A stretch of DNA of 60,252 bases, the filler included, from Nemertoderma westbladi (Eukaryota > Animalia > Xenacoelomorpha), in NCBI GenBank assembly GCA_032718475.1. It is 3 parts of 3 records of this genome, joined end to end, with 100 filler letters (N's around TTAATTAATTAA, not from the genome) between each part and the next. Parts side by side here need not be neighbours in the genome. Positions count along the whole stretch, not along the records: positions 43,685 to 60,252 come from JAUCBJ010003565.1; 2 more parts are not named here. One strand, given 5' to 3'. Of this stretch, positions 51,201-60,252 are shown piece by piece (positions within the stretch are counted from its first letter, which is position 1; each line of letters starts with the position of its first letter). The notes below the pieces were generated by a model. That model had not been told where the DNA came from. It ran no database searches and worked only from the letters and a program-made list of their open reading frames with translations. The position numbers were made by a program, and so were the translations under genes.

Positions 51201-51733
51201 AAAATATAAAGTTGATATATTAAAACATTAATATAATACAACATGGGCGCTAATTATTAGATTTAATTATGAAACATTATAAGTTTCAAAATAATAAATA
51301 AAAAAAAAACAAAAAAAGGTAAAGCACGATGTTTTGTTAAAACTAAACTGATTCTGTAAGCACTGGTTCCGGTAGTACCGTTACCGATAGTCTGACAGTA
51401 GCGGTATCTAACCTTCTCGCGATCTACACGGATTACGATGACGATCTCGTTACGACCGACGCGGATCAGTTTATTTACGGATCGAATCCGCCGTCGACTC
51501 AGTTCACTTAGGAGTATCATCCCTTCTATGTTGTCGTACTCCAGTAATTGCACGTAGGCGCCCATGTCTTGTATGGCGCGGACATTGACCATGACGGGGT
51601 CCTCCAGGGAGGGGAAATTCTCCCGGTAGTAGCGGCAATGCAAACGGGATTTGGTGAGGAGGACCGAGTCCTCCATTAGGAGAGTGTCGGACGCCTCCGA
51701 AACCGGGGCAACCGGAGGCGCAACTTCTACCAT
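48182..51733 (-). CDS. EIF2S1: Eukaryotic translation initiation factor 2 alpha, 3 exons (51413-51733, 50585-50872, 48182-48607), 344 aa
   Basis: [38 protein letters not shown] (Ser51 loop), RVDREK|[37 protein letters not shown]; all GT-AG phase-0 junctions. Confidence 0.96.
48703..50621. repeat. 64-bp tandem repeat, ~30 copies, filling eIF2-alpha intron 2
   Basis: Minus-strand unit GAGCTGGACGGGAAGACACGGGATGCGTTGCTGAAG|GTGAGTTGGGTGAACGAGTGTAGCGAGC, equal to the last 36 nt of exon 2 plus the first 28 nt of the intron. Confidence 0.95.
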
Positions 51734-52594
51734 CGTAAATGTACCGTTACTTAATTAATAAGAATCAATAAACTGAAACAATTACAGAATTAAGTAATTA
51801 GATAAGATAAATAAGGAACCTATAACTGTAACCTGGTAACCTAACAAGTTGTGATTTTTACGTTGTGCAGAAATCTTAATTCCGCTTTCCGGCAGTCCGG
51901 TTTTATGTTGCGGTACCCGGGTACGGTACGGGTACCGTAGTCTGAACTAATAAATTAGCATATTTCTGCATTTATATTTAACAGGGAAATAAACAATAAT
52001 TCTGAATTCCTATTAATTGTTATTCCAAGTGATGTAGTAGGCCTATCTACAGAGCGAGAACGAAACCTGGAAACTTTTAAAACAGGTTAATAAAGCCTGA
52101 AAGTAGCCTAGTAGGCTACTGTAGTAACACAAGTAGGCCTACCGGCCTACCGCATACCGCAATGCCGTATCCACGGGACTGTCTGACTGTCGGTCTTTTG
52201 AATTTTTTTTAAATAGATAGATACGCCCCCCAATAATCGGGGAAACATGTGTGAAACATCGGGGAAACATAGTTAGGTAAAAAATTAAGTAAAATAGGTT
52301 ACCAGTGTTAAGGTGCTTCTGCTACATAGTTCTGTAGTTTTAATTATGATATTTTATACAGCAGTTTGGCAGTATGCACTACTGAACTATAGGAAAAGAT
52401 TGGCGTAACAGTACTGCAGTATGCTAGTCAGAGTCAGAGTCAGTCGAAGTTTTGAATTTCCCTCCTTAGTCCTTAGTATATGCTTTTAATTGTTGTTGTG
52501 GTTGTGTTTAAGCTAATTCTAGAATATTACAACCTATTCGCCATAACTAGATGCTTCGGCATATAACAGTATAAAGGGATTTTGTAATAGTTCA

Positions 52595-52873
52595 GGTTCC
52601 ACCTTGGTGTAGTGGTTGCATTGAATTCACATCTCCTGTAGGTCGTGGGTTCGATCCTCACATGGGCCAGGGCAGTTTTCGTTTCGGCACGAATGCTTTA
52701 AAGGAACCAGCCAGGGCGCATCTCTGCCTTGCATCCTTAAGTGGTAGCTAAATGAGTACTGGAGTTTCCTCTGGGGAGTAAAGTTCTGGGGGGACCGCAC
52801 TGGAAATAAGTCGTCAGACTTTGTGCGTAATCCCTGGCCTAGCGGCCGAAGAAAATTTACTTTACTTTACTTT
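52595..52873 (+). mobile_element. tRNA-derived SINE with a Nin/Deu-like central domain
   Basis: A box TGGTGTAGTGG (52605), B box GGTTCGATCC (52648), central GCCTTGCATCCTTAAGTGGTAGCTAAATGAGTAC resembling the Nin/Deu domain, and a (TTTAC)n tail. Confidence 0.75.
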
Positions 52874-53182
52874 AGTTATAAACATGATAAACCAATGTAG
52901 CTGCTTGTGAGTTGTATTAAAGCCAATGATTGCTTTTCCAGCCGACCGCAGTATCTGTGTCAATAACTCATAAACGTCACAGTCGACAAATCTACACATA
53001 TTAATTCTATATATACACATATATACATATTAATTCTATATACACACATATTAATTATATATACACAGATATACACATATTTTATTAATTCTATATAACA
53101 AATATATAAATATTAATTATATATAAAAAAAATAAATTATATATACACATTATATATATATTATTGTACATCTTAATTCTAT

Positions 53183-55316
53183 ACTAGAAAGCCAGCAAGC
53201 TGGCTTTAACGAACCTGCCCCTCAAACCAGTATGCCTACCCTGAGTGAGCGAAAATGAAAACACGAAAACGATACGATCAACTCAACGATAGAAACACCA
53301 GCTGCTGGTACTCATGAGGACCTAGTAAGCTACTACTATTGATTGATTGGATAGGCCAAAACTGCACATAAGTATATAGGATTTATGCATATATGTAGGA
53401 TAATGAAACATTACTACTACATTGGTATGATATACTTGAGATTCTCTGGTCACACCGATTGCAAAGGATTCCCAACCAACATTGGATTGAAACAAGGGTC
53501 CCTACTAGGGCCTCCTTTATTCAACTTTTACATCCGTGACATCCACACTGTTATACCTCAGGGTCTATCTAACGGATTGCTGACTTCAATAGCACTAGAG
53601 TGTTATACATTTTCCTATGCGGATGATATAATGATACTCAGTCCATTTCATTCAGCTATCGAAAAGGAAGCATGTAGAATCCAAGATAGACTTCATGGAG
53701 TTGGCTTGGAGGTGGATGTTGCCAAAACTGCTTGGGTGATGCTAAGAGGCCGAGGATCCTTTAACATTACAAAGCCTTTCCTGGAGATTGCTGGACAAAA
53801 GATAGCACAGTCTGCCACTCACCTGAATTTTTTGGGGTACAAAATCTCAGGATCCAACACCTTCATTTTAAACGAATGCTTGCGACTCATCGCGCCAGTC
53901 GCGGAAGGCTTCTTGTCAATGGGATGGTCAGCGTCTGCTAAGTGGATTCCAGTGGATACACTAGCCACATTGTGGAAATCATATGCATTACCTGTCTTTC
54001 GCTACAATTTTGTTTTCTATGCTGGAGCGCTCGCTGCTAAACAACTCGATGTCATAGAAATCCAGTACAGAAAGGCTCTACGAAGGCTGCTTCATCTGGA
54101 ATACTCCCGCATCCCGTCAAACGTACTATACCAGTTGTTCGACTTGAATTATATCATACATGATACATTTCAATGCTCGGTTCGTCTTATACAACGATGC
54201 AGGAAGGTGCCCAACATACTGATCAACTCTATAACCCACACAGCGGGGTCACTTAACACTGCAAACCATTACATTGGTCCATTCGCCACGTACAGAAAGT
54301 GCCTTGAAAAATTTGGCGTTCCAGATCTAACTTTAATAATGAGGCATGATTATGCAATTAAAAATTTACTCAGTGAAATAGTAATTTGTAAACCGTCAAT
54401 CTGTGAACAGGGCCACATCAGCTTTATTCGTAATGTATACGGGTCGAGTATCACTTTTTCCACGAAAATCCAGCGTGTTAAAGATTATCTAGACGCCATA
54501 GCCCGCATTTAGACTTGATTGAGCTATTTGATAGTACACCACATTTTTATAGTATATTTGAGTATAGTATATTTAATATATTAATATATATATATATATA
54601 GTATATTTGAGTAGATACACTTTGGCGGACTTTGATTCACGCTATATGGGGTAATAATTTTAGTAATTTGGTGCTTAATTGGTTTGATTCGGTGAACACC
54701 TATCCACATAATGTCAAATGTTTTGTCTCTTTTATTTGTTTTTAATGCCCTAATCTTATTTTTTATTTATTGATTCTTGCGTGTTTGACCTTAGATTGTT
54801 TCATATAACTGTTCTTTGCACGACCTTTTACTAATTAAAGCCTTCCGGGGCATAATCCGTGCTGAATGTTATGTAATGTTATGTATATTACTTGCTAAAA
54901 TTATAACTTTTTCACTTTATCCCAGACAGTAATTAAACATCAACGGTTAGTTTGTATAATGTATTACCCCGACAGCTGAATAGCTCTTCCCAGTGAATCC
55001 TATGGGAATATCTATAAGGTTACTACTACTCACTGATATGATCTTAGATTCTTTATTTTCACAATGTGAAAGTATTGTTTAAAATGAACATTAGAAATAA
55101 AATATAACTGAAAGCAGCACAAAAGTAAAAATGCACTGAGACGGAGCAGTGATTTGACTCACTGCTATGTTAGGTGGGAGGCCAGCTGATTGAATTGTAA
55201 GCACTGGGCCGTTTAAATGGTTTATAGGTTGATGATAATGAATGATGAGGGACCCAACTAACACTATGTTTGTCTATATACGGTCTCCTTAGAGCCAGCT
55301 TGCTGGCTTTTCTAGT
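53183..55316. mobile_element. TIR-bounded element containing a LINE reverse transcriptase fragment
   Basis: ACTAGAAAGCCAGCAAGCTGGCT at 53183 and AGCCAGCTTGCTGGCTTTTCTAGT at ~55293-55316 are inverted repeats. Confidence 0.55.
53440..54512 (+). mobile_element. 5'-truncated non-LTR retrotransposon reverse transcriptase (open frame)
   Basis: GLKQGSLLGPPLFNFY, YADD and LNFLGY RT motifs in ORF 53385-54512. Confidence 0.85.
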
Positions 55317-55808
55317 TGAATCATATTATTCTGCAACCAATAATTTACTCTTTTAGACGAATTTGTGCGTTTTTTTGCCGGACTAACAAAACAATTTTTG
55401 GCGCGTTCTGTGCGAGATTGGCGATATTTTAAAAGATTCTGAGGCTCAAATATGTTGCTCAAATGACTGAATAGCCCAAATAAAAAAGTTGGTGCATACT
55501 CGACGAGTTGAAATCGGTGAAATTCGACTTTAAATTTTCCAAACCGCTATTTTTCAGTGACCCCGTGATCGAAACGCCACAATAAATGTGCGCAACCAAA
55601 ATGTATGTAGAGTTTGTCATTAAAATTATTTTTGCCTACCTGCTTGAGTTTTTGAGATATTGGATGCAGTGGCGTGGTGGGAACAAGTGAGGGGCCCGGG
55701 AAATCCCAAAATAAGGGCCCATTTATAAATGCCAGACCAGCTATAATTTTGACCACCCCACCCCCCCCCCCCCCCCCATCATCATGTAAAAAATATTTCT
55801 TGAATAAT

Positions 55809-57160
55809 GATTATATGCAGCTATTATATGCAGCTTAGTAAACGTCACCTGTTACAATATTATATGCAGCTTAGTAAACGTCACCTGTTACAATATTATA
55901 TGCAGCTTAGTAAACGTCACCTGTTACAAGATTATATGCAGCTTAGTAAACAATACGTGTTGCAAGATTATATGCACCTTAGTAAACAATACATGTTACA
56001 AGATTATATGCAGCTTAGTAAACAATAAGAGTTACAAGATTATATGCAGCTTAGTAAACAATACGAGTTACAGGATTATATGCAGCTTAGTAAACAATAC
56101 GTGTTACAAGATTATATGCACCTTAGTAAACAATACGTGTTACAAGATTATATGCAGCTAGGTAAACGTCTCGTGTTAAAGATTATATGCAGCTTAGTTA
56201 AAAACACGTGTTACAAGATAATATGCAGCTTAATAAACAACACGTGTTACAAGATTATATGCAGCTAGGTAAACGTCACGTGTTAAAGACTATATGCAGC
56301 TTAGTAAACAATAGAGTGTTACAAGATCATATGCACCTTAGTAAACAACACGTGTTACAAGATTATATGCAGCTTAATAAACAACACGTGTTACAAGATT
56401 ATATGCAGCTAGGTAAACGTCACGTGTTAAAGACTATATGCAGCTTAGTAAACAATAGAGTGTTACAAGATCATATGCACCTTAGTAAACAACACGTGTT
56501 ACAAGATTATATGCAGCTTAGTAAACAACACGTGTTACAATATTATATGCAGCTAGGTAAACGTCATGTGTTAAAGATTATATGCAGCTTAGTAAACAAT
56601 AGAGTGTTACAAGATTATATGCACCTTAGTAAACAACACGTGTTACAAGATTATATGCAGCTTAGTAAACAACACGTGTTACAATATTATATGCAGCTTA
56701 GTAAACAATACGAGTTACAAGATTATATGCAGCTTAGTAAACAATACGAGTTACAAGATTATATGCACCTTAGTAAACAATACGTGTTACAAGATTATAT
56801 TCAGCTAGGTAAACGTCACGTGTTAAAGACTATATGCAGCTTAGTAAACAATAGAGTGTTACAAGATTATATGCACCTTAGTAAACAACACGTGTTACAA
56901 GATTATATGCAGCTTAGTAAACAACACGTGTTACAATATTATATGCAGCTCAGTAAACAATACGAGTTACAAGATTATATGCAGCTTAGTAAACAATACG
57001 AGTTACAAGATTATATGCACCTTAGTAAACAATACGTGTTACAAGATTATATTCAGCTAGGTAAACGTCTCATGTTAAAGATTATATGCAGCAAATCAAT
57101 GCAGTAAAAAGCCACGTGTTACAAGAGTATATGCAGCTTTGTAAACGTCGTGTTACAATA
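55809..57160. repeat. 36-bp subterminal tandem repeat, ~37 copies
   Basis: Unit GATTATATGCAGCTTAGTAAACAACACGTGTTACAA, with some higher-order block duplication. Confidence 0.93.
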
Positions 57161-57195
57161 TTATTTACACTTTTTAACGCGGAGTTTCGATTTAG

Positions 57196-60100
57196 TTATA
57201 ATTGTAGCAAGGCTTTAAGTGTGGTGCTTCCTTCGCAAAGTTTTTCAATTATAACCGATGATTCAATTCCCTCAGTCCAACACCTGTTTAATTTCATCAG
57301 GAGAAATGCCTCCAAATGTTCCTGAGTCAAAGTACTGCGTAGACGAGTTAAAATAAGTTTCAACTGAGAGAAGACTCGTTCACAGCAAACCTGATAAAAT
57401 AAAATTTAGTTATTACAATTAATAAAATTACCTACAAAAGAATACAGGTAATAATTATGTAGGCTACTCAACTTATCTTCAGTAATTAGTTTCAGTTTCA
57501 ATATTTTATAACAAACTCTATTTTTCTATAATTCTATTTGTAAATTTTACATAATGTATTTATTATTATTATTGGTGAATTATATTAAGACAAATGATGA
57601 ATATATTTATCTGTCTCACATTACCTGGGTCATGGGTAGAGTTAGAACTGTTCTGTAAACCATGCAGAGAGTCTCATATGCCGAGGAGAAACAATTATAT
57701 TCGACCATAACCTTTAAACAACCGACGAGGCAGTCGCCAAGGCATTTCCCAGGATGTTCCACACATATATCGTCTTCACATTCATCGACATCAGTTATTG
57801 GTTTGTATGGAATCGTAGGTTGTTTGAGTAGGGACCATTCATTGGCAAATTGGGAAAGTTCACTTCTAAATCTGTTCAAATCAAGATCAGGAAGGATGGT
57901 GAGAAATCCTTCTAAGTGTTCTACTCTCAATAGTTCATTATTTGAAGATATTTTTCCAAAATTCTTTGGATCTAAGAGTTCTAAGCTCTGATACAATTTT
58001 CCATGTTCGGAAAAGCGATTAACAATTTGATTAATAGCCGTATCTATAACAACATTGTAGACCCTTGCTTTGAACTCATCCTTTGGATCTTTAAAAGGTT
58101 CATCGCTTGCCATTTCGCCAGGCATTTTTTTCTTTTTTCGGCAACGTTTCTCTAGAAAAGTACTGCTAACGATAACATCAGAGTTCAAATCTTCTAGTTT
58201 CGAGTTCATCTGTGAGACAAATTGATTGGCAGTGTCCTCAAGTGTCACGAAATCTCTTGAAATTGACTGTAATTGATTCTTTACAGTTGAAACTTGGCGC
58301 CAGGCTTGGGCATAATCCATACCACTCGATTGAAGGTAATCAGATAATGGTGTCGTGAACATGAAAATCCTGAGAAAGAGAAACGCCACCATAACAGTCT
58401 CATATTTAAGCAAGTTTTCACACAAAGATTTCGCTTCTGATCGGTGAATGGCTTTAAAATGATCAGATTTTGAAATTTCGTCTAAACATAATACTAGTAC
58501 AGGATACAAGCATGTACTACTTTGATCACCAGCAGAGTGATAAGTACCAAAAATCTTCACTGTGGCATTGTTTTTGGCTCGCCAGCGGGTTTTTCCAAGA
58601 TTTGTTAATCGTTGCATGCATCCTTCTCCCAACTGTTGCTCCAAGGTTTTCTCCCAAACTGCCATACGCTTGTAACTATCAGCGAAGAACACATAGACTG
58701 CTTGCAACAACCCAAAGAATGAAACACATTCCAAAGAAGAACAGCTGTCGGTGATCACGAGGTTCAACACATGTGAATAGCACCATGTGTGGATGTGGTT
58801 TGGAGATACATCTTTCAGTTTAGCTTGTAGCCCATTGTACTCGGCACTCATATTGGAGGCACCATCAAAAGCATCTGCAATGCATTGGCTCAAGGGAATT
58901 TGAAACTTCTCACAAACCTGATTAAGTGCATTAAAGAGGCCTTGTGAAGAGGTGTCAGAGCTCGTATTAACCAGAGCCAACATTTTCTCATAAACAGTAG
59001 AACCTACCACATACCTTACTGCAATACAGCACTGATCTTTAGTTGTAATGTCCTGAGTACTGTCAATCATCAATCCATATATACCAGCCTCCTTGATATC
59101 AGTAACAATTTTCTGCCGTAAAAGATCACCTATGATATTCACTATGGCTGTAAACGTATCTGAACTGAGAAACGAAACAAATGAACCCCGCCCTTTTACT
59201 GTATGTTCAGAGCCACCCTTTCTTGCTTTGTCCGTCGAATACTTGACACACTTGTCAACATGGCGCTTTAGAATATCGTTGTGTTTAGCCAACTCTTTTA
59301 TGAGTTCAAGAAAGTTGCCATGGTTAATATCATTATTCAATGAATGTAAACCTTCCCCCCTGTGTGATCTAGATGGAAGACCTTGCTTACCAATAAACTT
59401 TACAGCATCTATGATTACAGAAACAACAGCTCTTCTTTCTACAACTTGTCGGTTCCTTAAATCCCAACACTCTGTTGTTAGCAATTGAGGCAATGTCATT
59501 TTAGCTTTAAAAGCAAAGAATTGTGATGCTGATCTGTGATGATATTGTGAACTTTCATGTTCACTTATACGTTGATATGTATGACTCCAATCAGAAAAAC
59601 CATCAATGGAAACAAAGGGTGACTCACTGTTTACTTCTCCAAATGCTAGACAAACAGAACAGTACATAGCTTGCTGATCTACAGAGTAAGAAAGCCAAGA
59701 CCGTTGAAGGACATTAGGATTATTGTTCTTACACTGTCTATTGTAAGCTTTAGAAACAGAAAATGGTAGGCCAGGTAAAACAGGATGTATTGGATGTTTC
59801 TCCATAAACTCAAGTCTCAAAGAAGCCCCAGGTCGTCGAAAACAGTGAATATGTTCAGTAGAATTAATAAATCCACTGATAGGCTGTTCTTCAGGCACAA
59901 CACCACTAAGAGGAAGAGCAGCATCTCTAAAGCTAACCACAATAGCGCTGGTACTGGTACATACTCTGTCATCTCCTTGGTCATGATCATCCAACGAACT
60001 GATGTGATCCAGTGATGTTTGATTCTGACCAATTGCAATGTTATCATGGTCATCAAGCCTACAAGGCTGACTATTTGGCATGCTCGTCCTGGTAGCTGCA

Positions 60101-60213
60101 GATCCACCTACAGGATTCCAAAGTTGAGTTAGTTTGGCACACTTTACCGCTTGTATCGATCTTTCTTTTTCGCTTTTTTCTTTTCTCTTCCTGGAACCAC
60201 TTTTACATGACAT
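57196..60213 (-). CDS. hAT transposase (ZMYM1-like: TTF-type zinc finger, DUF4371-like region, hAT dimerisation domain), 2 exons (57625-60213, 57196-57390), 927 aa
   Basis: WLSYS..MYCSVCLAF..HESSQYH zinc finger, GNFLEL, IDSTQD, FDGASNM, WCYSH and TRW. The CAG|GTAATG..atcAG intron joins PMTQ to VCCERVFSQLKLILTRLRSTL, which supplies the catalytic Glu. Confidence 0.92.
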
Positions 60214-60252
60214 TGTTATTATTTGAATTAAATTAAATTGGCAGATATCCAA

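Larger units (their letters stand above)
55667..60252 (-). mobile_element. Autonomous-looking hAT transposon (one end in the window)
   Basis: CAGTGGCGTGG terminus at 55667, a subterminal tandem array and an intact transposase gene; the other end lies beyond the window. Confidence 0.75.

Noticed and set aside
55807-57325. Repetitive ORFs (MQLSKQHVLQDY)n
   Set aside because: Products of the 36-bp subterminal repeat of the hAT element, with frameshifting 35-bp units.

Overview
This is eukaryotic, almost certainly invertebrate animal, genomic DNA. It is AT-rich, has spliceosomal introns and is dense in transposable elements. Three contigs are joined by 100-bp gap linkers (N44-TTAATTAATTAA-N44 at 23895-23994 and 43585-43684). 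Recognisable host genes are an intronless IMMP1L (-), the last exon of a MOB3-type gene (+), two ShKT-domain exons (-), the last two exons of POLR3A/RPC1 (+) and a complete 3-exon eIF2-alpha (-). There is also a 2-exon orphan gene with a mitochondrial-type presequence (+). Mobile DNA includes an intact spliced hAT transposase, LINE and CRE fragments, a Nin/Deu-type SINE, piggyBac-, Kolobok- and hAT-type non-autonomous elements, and Helentron-like elements. A perfectly homogeneous 23-bp satellite covers 9.4 kb. Three observations stand out. (1) A Mutator-like element (about 135-bp TIRs, 9-bp TSD) carries a captured 5' fragment of the DDX1 gene, a Pack-MULE-like structure in an animal, and a captured ALDH3 fragment lies next to it. 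(2) A stereotyped 8-bp insertion scar, a 5-bp duplication flanking CAG or CTG, recurs throughout both captured fragments and upstream of eIF2-alpha. It points to an unidentified cut-and-paste system with 5-bp target duplications. (3) Minisatellites are repeatedly seeded from exon boundaries, including about 30 tandem copies of an eIF2-alpha 5' splice site. All homology calls come from recognising motifs by eye; no searches were run.
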